64,000 nt of DNA, from the NCBI GenBank assembly GCA_951406725.2, contig OX597819.1, forward strand, positions 73,470,001-73,534,000, written 5' to 3'. This document shows positions 40,010 to 53,657 of this stretch, piece by piece. Under the pieces are notes generated by a model. The model searched no databases and had not been told where the DNA came from. It saw nothing but the letters and a program-made list of their open reading frames with translations. Origin of the DNA: Octopus vulgaris (Eukaryota). Numbering within the stretch: position 1 is the first letter of the stretch; every line of letters begins with the position of its first letter. The translations under genes and the position numbers were made by a program.

Positions 40010-40778
40010 TACTTTTACTTGTTTCAGTCATTTGACTGCAGCCATGCTGGAGCAACACCTTTAGTTGAAGAAATCGATCCCAGCACTTATTCTTTGTAAG
40101 CCTAGTACTTATTTGATTGGTCTCTTGTCAAACTGCTAAGTTATGGGGACGTAAACACACCAACATCAGTTGTCAACTGATGGTAGGGAACAAACACATA
40201 CATTCATACAACATATATCGTGACACTCCGTTGTTTACGACGATGAGGGTTCTAGCTGATATAATCAACAGAACTGCCTGCTTGTGAAATTAGCATGCAA
40301 GTGGCTGAGCACTCCACAGACACATGTACCCTTAATGTAGTTCTCAGGGAGATTCAGCATGACACAGAATGTGACAAGGCTGGCCCTTTGAATTACAGGT
40401 ACAACAGAAACAGGAAGAAAGAGTGAGAGAAAGTTGTGGTGAAAGAGTACAGCAGGGTTCGCTACCACCCCCTGCTGGAGCCTTGTGGAACTTTAGGTGT
40501 TTTTGTTCAATAAGCACTCACAGTGCCCGGTCTGGGAATCGAAACCGTGATCCAATGAACATGAGTCTGCTGCCCTAACCACTAGGCCATTGCACCTCCA
40601 CATGCACACACACACTCACACACATATATACAATGGGCTTCTTTCAGTTTCCATCTACCAAATCCACTCACAAGGCTTTGGTCAGCCTGAGGCTATAGTA
40701 GAAGACACTTGCCCAAGGTGCCACGCAATGGGACTGAACCCAGAAACATGTGGTTGGGAAGCAAGCTTCTTACCACAA
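40010..40778 (-). mobile_element. SINE A with full-length SINE C nested at 40218-40599
   Basis: SINE A tail (40010-40200) and head (40630-40778) flank a SINE C with tRNA-like head TGGCCTAGTGGTTAGGGCAGC...GGTTTCGATTCCC. Confidence 0.8.
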
Positions 40779-41079
40779 GGGTAGAACCATTAACATACAG
40801 GAGAGAATGCTTATTAGCATTTGTTTTGGCTTTACTTTCGGTTCAAATTTTGCTGGGGTCAACTTTGCCCTTTATCCTTTTGGGGGTCAAAATAGGTACC
40901 AGTTAAGTACTGGTGGGGTGTGTGTGTGAAGAAATCGACTCCCCCTCCCCTCCCCCTCTCAGAGGCCTTGAGTCTATAGTAGAAAGGATTATTATTTTGT
41001 ATTTGCTGGTTTCCGATATAAGAACCACATAAATGAAGCAAAATCCTGGTTAACCCCCAGCATCGAAATTATTCTGTCA

Positions 41080-41205
41080 AATCGTAGTTGTTGTCTTTGA
41101 AGCAGATAAACCCTACAGTTTGTCAACATTGGTATTTACATGCCTGGCCAAGAAGAAATATTTCTTAGTTTTGAAACAGATAAGGGCTGGTGATACAAAA
41201 AGAAA
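41080..41205. other. Templated insertion: exact copy of 37154-37213 plus exact inverted copy of 39409-39476
   Basis: 60/60 and 68/68 identity by eye, overlapping by AC at 41138-41139. It interrupts a TTAA MITE (41050-41414). Confidence 0.93.
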
Positions 41206-41749
41206 CTGAATAAGGGACTTTTTCATTCAAAGTGTTTTTAATTAATCATGCATTATTTTGTAGCTTTGAAGTGTTGATGATGTGTTTGTATATTTAATAA
41301 CGGCATTGAAGGGTAAGCGTGATAGGCTGGATCTGGTTGGTTAGAACATAAAAACAGCATATTTGGGCCGGATATAATAATGAAATATGGCTGGTATAAA
41401 TGCTAAAGGGTTAAAACCTCATTCACCAAATGATGTTTTTTTTAGTTTGTCTTTTTTGTAGTCTTCAAGAAATTAAAATTCTTGTTTATTTTATAAACCG
41501 TGCACAGACAAGTGTACACAAAAACTCACACTGTGTCAGGAGATGCAGGATGGTTGTTATAGGCTAATCTATAACTTCTGCATCAGTAACCTCTAAATAT
41601 ATTATTTTCTTTTGGTGAAAGGGTAGGGATTTTGTTATTCCATTCTTGCACAGATTAGAATCTCACTGGTTACATTCAGGTTTTGCTTTCATAGGAACGC
41701 ATGCATACACACATGTGACCAGAGAGACAGATATTTGTGTGTGTGTGTG

Positions 41750-42490
41750 TGATATGTTTTATATGGCATGTTAGGATTTCAGAAAAATTGAAGTTAGACA
41801 TAAGAAGCATTGGATGTGGCGTGCAAGAGAGATGTTTTCGTTGGTTATGGTCATGTACTGCAGAGTGATGTGTGAAGAAGTGCCACTCCCAAACAGTGGA
41901 AGGAATCCAGGGTAGAGGGAGACCCAGGAAGGCATGGGATGAAGTGGTGAAGCGTGACTTTTGAACGTTGGGCCTCACAGAGGCAATGACGAAAGGCCAA
42001 GACCTCTGGAGATATGCTATGACTGAGAAGACCTGGCAAATAAAGTGAGTTCAGAGCTGTAACCTACACCAGTGTAGCATAACCAGCCCACTCAAAAGTA
42101 TCTTTGATCATGGGGTGACATGCCGTGCTTGAGGAGACCTATTGAGTCAAGTACATCAACATCAGTATCAAAATCAAATCAAATGGAAATTATAGTTGTA
42201 ACCACCATGCTGGTAGTATGCAAAGAGCGCCATCTGAACGTGGCCGATGCCAGTACTGCTTTGACTGGTTTCCATGCCGGTGGTGCGTGGGGGGCACCAT
42301 CCGATCGTGGTTGATGCCCACTCTTCTGGCCCCTGTGCTGGTGGCACATAAAAAGCACTCACAGAGTGGTTGGTGTTAGGAAGGGCATCCAGCTGTAGAA
42401 ACACTGCCAGATCAGATTGGGGCCTGGTGCAGTCTCCTGGGTTCCCAGACCCCAGTTGAACTGTTCAACCCATGCTAGCATGGAAGATTT
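41750..42490 (+). mobile_element. Degenerate RTE LINE 3' fragment
   Basis: Homologous to 5760-6625(-), including the W.GHV and G.RGRPRK.W segments and the 3' UTR. Confidence 0.75.
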
Positions 42491-42831
42491 AAGTGTAAAA
42501 ACTGTGAGAAAGAACTATAAGAAATCATATTACAGAACATTTTTATTTTTGTGGAGATGCTATAAAGATGGTTGTAGGTGGTACTGGTACTATGAATCTG
42601 TTGAATTTTCTCTAATATTACAGAGTTGTCTTATATTTACAATCATTTAATGTCTTTGTTCCATGCTGGCATGGGTTGAATGGTTTGACAGTCCATCATG
42701 CTCCAGTGTCTATTTTGGCAAAGTCTCTATGACAGAATGCATTTTCTGATGCCAAAGTATGAGAGAAGTGTGAGCAGGTTCTTGTAGAGGGACTATTTAC
42801 CTTTTGAAGAGAGGACCCCCCCCCCTCCCCA

Positions 42832-43447
42832 GCAAAGACTAGCCATTAGTGACTTTAGACTCCAGGCCAAAAGCATGCCAAGAAGTAAACCAGTCTGGGA
42901 AAGAAGGATTTGGAATCTTAAGGACACTTCGTATGGTCAGAGATTTAGGGACATCCTAATTAAAAAATTTAATGAAAGGGAGGAGGCGTTCCAGACTTGT
43001 AACATAGAGGGCAACTGGGAATTCCTGAGGGATAGCTTACTGAATGCCACAGACCAAATCTGTGGCTGGTGCAAAGTTCCACCCAGACCTAGGGTAACAT
43101 GGTGGTGGAACAATACAGGATTGCTTGAAGGGATACTAGGTGACAAGTATATCTAGCCAAGGGAGAAGCAGGAAAGAAGTTTGCCTATGTTCGGTGATGT
43201 GAGGACCAAAGAACTGAAGTGTTTCAGATTGCAAGACAGTGTGTGAGAGAAAATTGTGATGTCATAGGAGAGAAATGTGTCTGCATAGATGATGGTGCAC
43301 TTGCATGTAATGATTTTGCAAAGAAAGAGGCTTGGAAATGCCATTATGAAGGTCTGCTGAATGTAGAAAATGAGTGAGAGGAGGAGAGTCTGCCAAATGT
43401 TGACCCAATTGAGAGACTGGCTACCTGAATTGACAGTTCCATGGTCA
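42832..43447 (+). mobile_element. Internal RTE ORF fragment (endonuclease-RT linker)
   Basis: RRIWNLKD...NWEFLRDSLLNATDQICGW.K...TWWWN is followed by a frameshifted W..H.E.LLN segment. Confidence 0.7.
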
Positions 43448-43503
43448 GTCACATGATAGCATCATCATTGTTTAATATCCACCTTCCATACTAGCATGGG
43501 TAG

Positions 43504-43545
<42 letters not shown>

Positions 43546-44942
43546 TTTATCTTTTGCTTGTTTCAGTCATTAGACTGTGGCCATGCTGGGGTACTGCCTT
43601 GAAGAATTTTGAGTTGAATGTATCAACCCCAATACTTTTTCTTTTTTAAGCCTGGTACATATTCTATTGGTCTTTTGGCAAACTGCTAAGTTACAGGGAC
43701 ATAAAAACAGCAACACCGGTTGTGGAGTGAATGATTGGGACAAACACAGATACACACCCACATATATATCCATGACAGGTTTCTTTCAGTTTCCATCTAC
43801 CAAATCCACTCACAAGGCTTTGGTTGGCTTGAGGCTATAATAGAAGACACTTGTCCAAGGTGCCATGCAGTGGGACTGAACTTGGAACCATGTGGTTGGG
43901 AAGCAAACTTCTTACCACACAGCCATGTCAAACAAACAAAAGAAAAGAGCATTCAACACAATGTTTTAGCCTTATTTGGTTTGAAAATGGGTCCTTATTT
44001 GACTTGCAGTGCTTTTGTGCATATGAAATGCTAAGTAAAGGCTGTGTTAAGTCTGTAACCATCTAACACCCCCACCACACACACAGAGAATTGCTTTGTT
44101 TAAATATATGTTCGTTATGTTGACTATCGAACTAAATTTATTCTAATGTGACATCTTGTCACATTGGTTTAATTAGGTGTGAATTGTTTTGTTTGTTTTG
44201 TTTTTGACACAATGTCTTTATTAAATTAAACTATCATGTAATTTCTGTTATAACATCAATCTCAATGGCAGCAGCTGAATAGTCTTTTCTTCAGCTGTTA
44301 TATACTTTGTTGTGGTATTTGGAAGGGTTCTATGCCTTCTCAACCACTTGCAGCAGGTTCAGTCCTATTGCATAGCATTTTGGGCAAGTGCCTTCTACTA
44401 TAGCCCCAGGCCGACCAAAACCTTGTGAGTGGATTTAGTAGATGGAAACTGAATGAAGAATGTTGTGTGTGTGTGGTACTATCTTCTTGCCCTGACAACA
44501 TATTGTAAACGAGTCATACAAGCAGTGTCATTCATTTACAATATTCTGTGAAAACATGTCTGGCCAAGGGGAAATATTACCTCCCTTGGAAACAAATTAA
44601 GGTTAGTGACAGGAAGGGCACCCAACCAGAGAAAGCCTGTCTCAACAGATTCCATTTGTCCCCTGGAAGTATAGAAAAGTGGATGTTAAAATAATGACAA
44701 TTATATGAATTTAGAATATTTTTAACAGGAGTGCTCTCCTGGACTCTAATTAGATGCAGGCATGACTGAGCTTGCTTACCACCCACAGGGTCCCAGGCTT
44801 GGTCCTACTGTACAGCACCCTGGGCAAATGTCTTCTATCTCCCTTGGTTAACGAAATCCTTGTAAGTGGATTTCATACACAGAAGCTGAGAAACTGATGA
44901 AAGAAACCCACTGTGTGTGTGTTCATATATGTTTATATATCA

Positions 44943-45110
44943 GGTGGCACGTAAAAAGCACCCACCACACTCGCAGAGTGGTTGGTGTTAGGAAGGGCAT
45001 CCAGCCGTAGAAACACTTCCAGATCAGACTGGAGCCTGGTGCTGCCCCTGGCTTCCCAGACCCCGGTTGAACCATCCAACCAGTGCTAGCGCGGAAAACG
45101 GACGTTAAAC

Positions 45111-45142
<32 letters not shown>
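44943..45142 (+). mobile_element. Young RTE 3' tip with (GAT)n tail inside a TA tract
   Basis: CpG-retaining copy of the RTE 3' UTR with about 10 GAT repeats. Confidence 0.8.
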
Positions 45143-45143
<1 letters not shown>

Positions 45144-45180
45144 AGATATATGCATATATACATATATATATGTACGTACC

Positions 45181-45220
<40 letters not shown>

Positions 45221-46436
45221 AGCATATATGGGTACAGGACCTAAAAAAAATTGTGAACAAAATGAGAGACGAGAACATAAAAAACAAAATCATAGAAAAC
45301 GAACTTTTTTTCGAACAACGAAAGAAACAAATAGAGAAATGAGACAGGCAACATAAAGAACATTCCCTTCATCAGTTGTCCCCTGTTTTATTTCCTCCAC
45401 GTTTCGAAGGACAGAGATACTTAGCACCTTTAATGTATGCAGGAAGACCCATCTGCCACAGCAGAGTTGATACTAGTGCTGGTGCCATGTTAAAAGTGCT
45501 GGTACCACAGAAAAAGCATCTAGTACACTCTGTGGAGTGGTTGGCATTAAGGAAGGCTTCCAGCTGTAGAAACCATGCCAAAACAGACATTGGAGCCTGG
45601 TGCAGCTCTCTATCAAACTGTCTGACCCATGCCAGGAAAATGGTTATTAAATGGTGATGATGATGTATTTGTGTGTGTGTGCGCGCGAGTGTCCCCTTTG
45701 TGCAGAAATTGCTAGTGAATATCATATATTCCTTTACAATCTTCAATGGAAACATGCCCAGTCACTGTGCTGTTCATGTTTGAAAGACTACGGGAAATAT
45801 TACCTTGCTGGAAAACAGGTGATGGTTGGTGACAGGAAGGGCATCCAGCTGTAGAAAAACATCTGCTTCAACAAATTTTTGTCTGACTTATGCAAGCAGT
45901 GAAAAGTGGAAGATAAAACAATGAAATTTTATTTCTGAGCAATGATAATGTCTGGGAACTTACAAATTTATAATATCTTGATTTGAACTGTTCTGTTGTG
46001 CCTTAATGTGTTTAATTTCTTCAATATTTTCTGGAAGCAAACAACATCTCCTGTGTAACAATGAAGATGCTCATTTACAATCATCATCATCACAAGCACT
46101 CATGCATGCACGCGTGAAGGTCTTCTATCAGTCTGTCTATCAAATCTATCCTCAAGGCTTTGGTTGACCTCGGGCTATTATAGATGTCCATGGTGCATTG
46201 CAGTGTAATTGGACCTTGGATCAGATTACATGATTCTCAATCACATGGCCCTGTCTGTGTCTAATAGCTCCATATTATTATTATCTGCTTCCCAATTACA
46301 AGGTTCTGGGTTCAGTTTCACTGCATGGCACCTTGGGCAAGTGTCTTCCGCTATAGCCTCAAGTTGTTCAAAGCCTTGTAAATGGATTTGGTTGATAGAA
46401 ATTGAGAGAAGCTTGTTGTATACACATGCACATACG

Positions 46437-46467
<31 letters not shown>

Positions 46468-46822
46468 GTGTGTGTGTTTGTCTCCACCACCACTTGACAA
46501 CATGTGTTGGTGTGTTTATGTCCCTGTAACTTAGCAGTTCAGTAAAAGACACTGATAGAATAAATACCAGGCTTAAAAAAAAAAAAACGTATTGGTGTTT
46601 CATTTGGCTAAAAAGTTTTCAAGGTGGTGCTCCCGCATGGCCACGGTCTAATGACCGAAACAAGGATAAAAATCTTTTAAAATATTGAAAAAATACCGTT
46701 AAGTATGAGTGTAGGTAGTTTGGACGAAAAGTTTTTAGGATTTGACATTGCTGCAAAGTTACAAATCTGTATGGATGAGGTTTTGGTTGAATCTGTTAAC
46801 TCTAATCTAAGCCTTTTATCAT

Positions 46823-47195
46823 TGCTTCACAACCACATGGTTCCAGGTTCAGTCCTACTGCGTGGCACCTTACTATAGCCTCGGACCAGCCAAAGCCTTG
46901 TGAGTGGATTTGGTAGATGGAAACTGAAAGAAACCTGTCATGGATATAAGTGTGTGTGTGTGTGTGTGTACCTGTCGTACATATGTATGTATGTATGTAT
47001 GTATGTGTTTATCCCTCAAACATCACTTGACAACTGGTGTTGATGTGTTTATGTACCTGAAACTTAGTGGTTCAGCAAAAGAGAGCGATAGAATAAGTAC
47101 TAGGCTTACAAAGAATAAATCCTGGGAATGATTTCTTCGACTAAAAGGCGGTGCTCCAGCATGGCCATAGTCAAATGACTGAAACAAAGTAAGAT
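46823..47195 (+). mobile_element. SINE family A
   Basis: Matches the family. Further copies lie at ~43545-43927(-), 46285-46672, 48179-48550, 50219-50568 and 57365-57770(-). Confidence 0.85.
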
Positions 47196-49480
47196 AGTAA
47201 ACTGGGCATTTATTCAGCAAAGATGATGCCTGTCAGAAGCAAACCCAGAAAGCAGAAGGCTGAAGTTATTCAATGTCAAAATGTAAAGCTTCCATTCAAA
47301 CTGGCGTTCTGTTTTTGTGGATTCATTCATTCATGAGAACTATGAATGGGAGAATAAATATTCAGAAATATTCAAACTTGTTGAATTGCTCTGTGTATGT
47401 GTGTCTGTCTTTCTGTCTGTCTATCTCTATCTTTCTCTCTATCTCTATTTCTCTGTCTCAGCATTGTATGTGGTCCTTTGTGTTTGGAAAATGCTAAATC
47501 GGACCAGAACTAATTGGGGCTTGCTTTTCTATAACATCAACACTAAACCTTAGAAGTGAACCTATTTTCTCTTCATCTCTCGACTATCTCTCTCTCTCTC
47601 TCTCTCTCTGTCTTCCTCCTTCTCTTTCTCTTTTATCAAATATAATCTTTATCTCCTGTTTAAAGAAACAACAAAAAGACAACATTATGCAGCTAGGGAG
47701 GTCAGAAAGGAATTAGATCTGAAGAAAAGATATGTGAGAAATAAAAAAAAACATAACTGTAAAAAGACTAGGAGAAAAAAAAACATACTAAAGAGGATTT
47801 TTTAAAACTGTTAGTTATGTAAAGAATGTTGAAGGCCTGATGGATTTTCTGGGTGGAGAGTGAGAAGAGAAAAGAAAAAAAAAGTGTGATTTTTTACAAT
47901 GCTTGATAAAGCAGGAATGAGTTAAAAGTGGGACTTTTTCTTTCTTTTTAAATTCTGTTATAATTGTCATGTTAAACATCTGTTAAATAATTCAGCAAAA
48001 AACTTTTGAGAGCTTGTTTCTTTTTTCTGTTAAGAAGTGTCCCAAATTCCTTATCAGAGCTTGGGAAAACATATGGGGATTGATGAGTTAGCTTCTCTAC
48101 AAGTTACTCTGTCTGTTGATTTAGTTGTGGAATTTTTCACCAATTCCCGAATTTCAAAACACATTACTCTCAAGTTGTAGGTGCAGGCATGGCTGTGTAG
48201 TAAGAAACTTGCTTCTCAACTACATGGTTTCAGGTTCAGTCCCACTGTGTAGCACCTCCGTCAAGTGTCTTCTACTATGGTATACAGCCGATGAAAGCCT
48301 TGCGAGTGAATTTGGTAGATGGAAACTGAAAGAAGCCTGTTGTGTGTGCATGTGTGTGTCTTTGTCTTTCACCACCACTCAACAACCACTGTTGGTGTGT
48401 TTATGTCCCTGTAATCTAGCGGTTCAGCAAAAGAGACTGATAGAATAAATATCAGGCTTAAAAACAAAACAGTACTGTAGCCAATTGTTTGACTAAAATT
48501 CAAGATGCTCCAGCATGGCTGCAATCTAGCAACTGAAACAAGTAAAAGATAAGACACACACATACACATATACATATATATACATACGCATACACATGCA
48601 CGCACACATTCACACGCATAAACGCGCGCGTGCGTCACACACACACACACACATGCAGCACATCATCCATCATTATAGAGGAGAGAATCAAAGACTATTG
48701 TTTCTTTCCATTTGATGGGCCACTTCCGTTGGCACTTCTTAAACACACAATTCCTGTTGTATTGTCTAGAAAACATGTGAGTGGGTGGTGGGTGGTCATG
48801 GTGGGAAAATCATTAGTCAACTGTTCTTCTCTGACTCAGCTGGTACCAGTGAAGAAGCAGTGTCTTACAACAGTCAATGTCTGTCTATGTGGCTTTCTGT
48901 AGAGGTTGCTGTCAAGTTTGGCCTACAATGGAAACAACATGATATTATATTATATTATTGTTGACTATTAGAGCCAAAGTGTTTTGTGAGAAATGTTATT
49001 GTCATATCCTGGTGTTGTAGAGCCGATGTGATTCAGCTAATTGAATGTCCTCTCTCTCTCTTGTTATCCAATCCATCCATCCTTCCATCCCTCTCTTTGT
49101 CAGTCTATCCACCCATCTAGTCAAAGATTGTCCAAAAATCTCTGGTTGTGTGCGTATATAAGTACATATGTGTAAGTGATGGTAGCACGTAAAAAGCACC
49201 ATTCGAGCGTGGTCGATGCCAGTGCTACCTGACTAGCTCCTGTACTGGTGGCATGTAAAAAGCACCTGCTACACTCTCTGAGTGGTTGGTGTCAGGAAGG
49301 GCATCCAGCTGTAAAAACCTTGCCAGATCAGATTGGAACCTCGTGCAGCTTTCTGGCATGCCAATCCCCAGTAAAACCGTCCAACCCATGCCAGCATGGA
49401 AAGCGGACGTTAAACAACAATAACAACAGAGACATATATATTTGCATTTGTGTATATTTGTGTGTGTATGCATGTATATA

Positions 49481-49542
<62 letters not shown>

Positions 49543-52500
49543 CACACACACACATGTGTATATGTCTCTGTATGTAAATGTATAACAATGTAATGTCTGT
49601 TTTTCCATGCTGGCTTGGGTTAGATGGTTTGATAGGATCCAGTGAGCCCAACCTCAAAATGTCAGCTTTGGCATGGCTTCTTTGGCATTGCCAAATTGTG
49701 GTGTGTGTGTGTGCGCGCGCACAGGTTGAAGTTGGGGCGTAGAGCTATTGCACAGGTTATGCAGGTCACGGCACATAAACATCTGAAGTCAATGAATATT
49801 GCATGTGCAGTTGTGCAGCAAGCAGATAGTTTTAAGCAAATGTGTTGGGATGCAGCCAGGTTTTGTGAATAGAAAAGAGGAGATGGTATTGTGTTGTCAT
49901 CAAAGGAAACAGGTGGAACATAATGTTAGTGCAGCTTGTTTTTGTTATTGGTGTTGTTGTTTTTAATCTGTTGAGGCTTTGGTAAGTTTGGTTGCTGACC
50001 AATGGGCTTGCTGTCTTTTGTTCTTATTGATTTTATTCTTGATTAGTGTGGAACCTAATAGATGTGTTTGGTCCACGGTGCATAGTTTTTAGAATGGACT
50101 TGGATGGAAACCTGATGTGTGTATGTGTGTGTGTGTGTGTGCACATACACATGCAAACACACAATCACACACACAAGTAAAAATTCGTGTACTTTTGTTT
50201 CAGTGGAATGTTACATATAGGCACAGGTGTGGCTGTTGGGTAAGAAGCTTGGTTCCCAACTACATGGTTCCAGGTTCAGTTACACTGTGTGGCACCTTGG
50301 GCAAACGTCTTCTATCCCTTGTCAGTGGATTTGGTTGATGGAAACTAAAAGAAACCTGTTGTGTATGTGTATATATATATGTGTGTTTGTCCCCTTGCCC
50401 ACCACTTGATAACCGATGTTGGTATGTTTACGTCCCCATAGCTTAGTGGTTTGGCAAAAGCAACGGATAGAATAAGTACTAGGTTTTTAAAAAGAATGCT
50501 TCTGGGGTGGGGGTCTTCATTCATTTGCCCCAGCATGGCCACAGTCTAATGAGTGAAACAAGTAAAATATATACATACACACACTCACACACACACATAT
50601 ATGAGAGAGAGAGAGAAAGCAAGCTGGCAGAATTGTTAGCACACTAGGTTAAATACTTAGCAGCTTTTCATCTTTCTTTACATTCTGAGTTCAAATTCTG
50701 CCAATGTTGACTTTGCCTTTCATCTTTTCAAGGTCGATAAATTAAGTACCAGTTGCATACTGGGTCGATCTAATTGACTGCCCCACCCCCAATTTTGGGT
50801 CTTGTGCCTAGAGTAGAAAAGAATATATTCTTAAGCATTTCTTGTGGTTGAATAGCTTGCTTCCCAACCATGTGGTTTTGGGGTCAGTCCCATGGTGTGA
50901 CATCTTGGTTAGATATTTTCTTCAGAAGCACCGAGCTGACTTGAGTGGATTTGGTAGACAGAAACTGAAAGAAGCCATTATATCTACTGCTAGCTTCATA
51001 GCTGTTTTTCTAATCCATGAACCACAAAAAAAAAAAACACATTTTCCATCATGGGTAACGTCTGCTCCTTTGCCATTTGTCAGAAGAGAAACCAGTAGTG
51101 AAACCACTATTCACTCTTCCTTGTCTTTGGCCACACAAAGGTCATCTGACCATCACCCCAGGAGAGACACGAAGAATTCTACGGAAATACGATGAAACTA
51201 TGTGCAGGTCTTCATCGTCCTCTATGCCAAGTTGTGATGACGTGTTCAATCTCGTTAACTTTCGTAACCAGTGATTATAGACAACTAACCTAATGGAGTA
51301 GAACGACTGATGCTAGTGTTTCTTCCGTTTCTTCTGCCATTCCAGGAATTACAACCATGTTTTGTGGTCTGCTACCACAACAGCTCCTTTATAGGATCCA
51401 GTTAGCTCAAGACATCATCAGGAGGAACCACGTCCGGTTTTGGCCCCTACTCCTCTACCGTTTTGACGTGGCGCCCCCCCCCCCCCCCCCTTCGGAGGTG
51501 TCTTCAGCTCTGGTGTTGGGTGCATGTCTTCTTTATTCTGTTCCCTGGCCTAGCATATCCCTCACTTTCATAACTTTTGTCAAACCGTATTTATAACTGT
51601 GTTTATTTTCTCTAGGATTTTAACATTGTAATAATACATGAAACAATATTTTGTGTTGGCATGGCTGGACATATTTATTCCATCGTATATCTTAATACTG
51701 GTAAAGAAAAAAAAAAAAGAAAAAAAGGTGACCAGCTGACAGAAACGTTAGCATGCTGGGCAAAATGCCTAGCGGTATTTTGTCTGCTGCTACGTTCTGA
51801 GTTCAAATTCCGCTGAGGTCAACTTTGCCTTTCATCCTTTCAGGGGTCAATTAAATAAGTACCAGTTACACACCATTTGTCTGTTCTTGTTTGTCCCCTC
51901 TGTGTGTAGCCCCTTGTGGGCAGTAAAGCAATAAGAAACTGAAAGAAGCCCAGTATGCACATGCATACTCATGTGTCCTTGTTTTCACATCGTGATGGTT
52001 GTAAACAGGTGTTGTTCATTTTCAGTTTTCTGTAAAGAATGTATCAGGTCATGAGGAAATATTGTTTCACTTGGAAACGGTTAAGGTTTGCCAACAAGAA
52101 GGGCATCCGGTTATTGAAAACCTGCTTTCATGAATTCTAACCCATGCAAGCATGGAAATGTGAGTGTGAAAACGATGACCTTGTCAGTTTCCATGTATCA
52201 AATCTGCTTACAAGGTTTTGAATGAGGTTGCTTGTTTCCAGTCTTCTGTGAAAAAGGTATTAACCCATTGGAAATCATTACACCTTGCTTGGAAACAGGT
52301 GAAGGTTGGTGACAGGAAGGGCATCTGGCTGTAGAAGGGCATCTGGCGATGGTGGCGGCGCCTTTTAATGTAATTAGCCACAAGATGATTCATCCATATA
52401 TCTAATTTGACTGTTATGATTCACATAACACTAAAAGTTAACAATTATTCCAACAAATATTAATTAGTTTAATTACTTTAAAGAACTGGAAGCCTTTCCC

Positions 52501-53589
52501 GAACCACATTGCTATCTGCAACATTAAGTCTTTGTTCTGTTTTGGTTATAGCAATAAATAGATGCAGGCATGAGGTTAGAAGCTTGCTTCCCAACCACAT
52601 GGTTTTGGGTTCAGTCTCATTGTGTGTGGCACCTTGGGCAAGTGTCTTCTATGATAACTTTGGGCCGACCAAATCCTTGCTAGTGGATAAGTACCCAGTT
52701 TAAAATGAAGATTCATTCACCTAAAATTCTTTAAAATAGTGCCCCAGTATGGCAACAGCTTAATGACTGAAACAAGTAAAAGATAAAAAAAGTTAATAGC
52801 AGTAATCCCTTGACCATTTGCTCATAGGGGCCGTAGGATCTAGAGATGACTAAACCAAGTGTTGATGGCAGCAGCCCACAAAATATTGACCTCTGCTGGT
52901 TGTCCAATATTCTTCTGGAGTGATCATCTTGGTTCTGCAGTTTTGGACAGCCAGAAGCCCATAATCATTGGCCCTCCCCTTCAGGAATAAAAAAAAATAA
53001 AACAACCCTACCCCACCAAAAAAACAAAACAAAACAATCAAACCAGGTTTTTGGGGTTTGATAGATTAAAGATTTGTTCAAGAACTGATTAGTGTTTAAA
53101 TCAGTTTTTGTTTTTAATTAAAAACTAGTTTTATTTATAAAGATTGAGTCACAATTCCATTACGATAAAACAAAGAAAAAGAAAATAAAAAGGTGTGAAT
53201 AAGCAGGAGGAGGGAGGGAGGGAGGGCACTCCAGAAAGAATGGTATGCTCAGCTGCAGCCTGTAGACTTGACTGCAATGGCACTATCACAAAGAATGGTC
53301 AGCAACACTTGCTCACCTTTATGTTTTGAATTGAACTCTTTAGCCTTTAAACTGACCAGATTTGGCCCAGGTAGTCCATCTGTTTTATGCTTAACCTGGC
53401 CAGATCCAACCTCTCGCACCTATCCTACAATCTTATTCTAAAAATAAACAGTCACATCTTTAAAATCTCTTGGCTGTGAGATAATGTATGATTAATTCAA
53501 AACAATGTGGAGGAATTAGCATTACATTTGTCAGAGAAATCTGAATGCAAAAGGGTTAAATCTGTTGACCTTGATGTTCTGATGTTTAA

Positions 53590-53592
<3 letters not shown>

Positions 53593-53654
<62 letters not shown>
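53593..53654. repeat. (GA)n microsatellite
   Basis: Directly visible. Confidence 0.97.

Positions 53655-53657
<3 letters not shown>

Noticed and set aside
44145-44165. 9-bp perfect inverted repeat AATGTGACA-TCT-TGTCACATT
   Set aside because: It is short, isolated and plausible by chance in 64 kb of AT-rich DNA.
45340-45410. Minus-strand GAAAC...CTGATGA (also ~7632-7670 on +) as type II hammerheads
   Set aside because: There is no proper UH cleavage site or closed stems, and the 5' stem at 45405 belongs to a different adjacent repeat.
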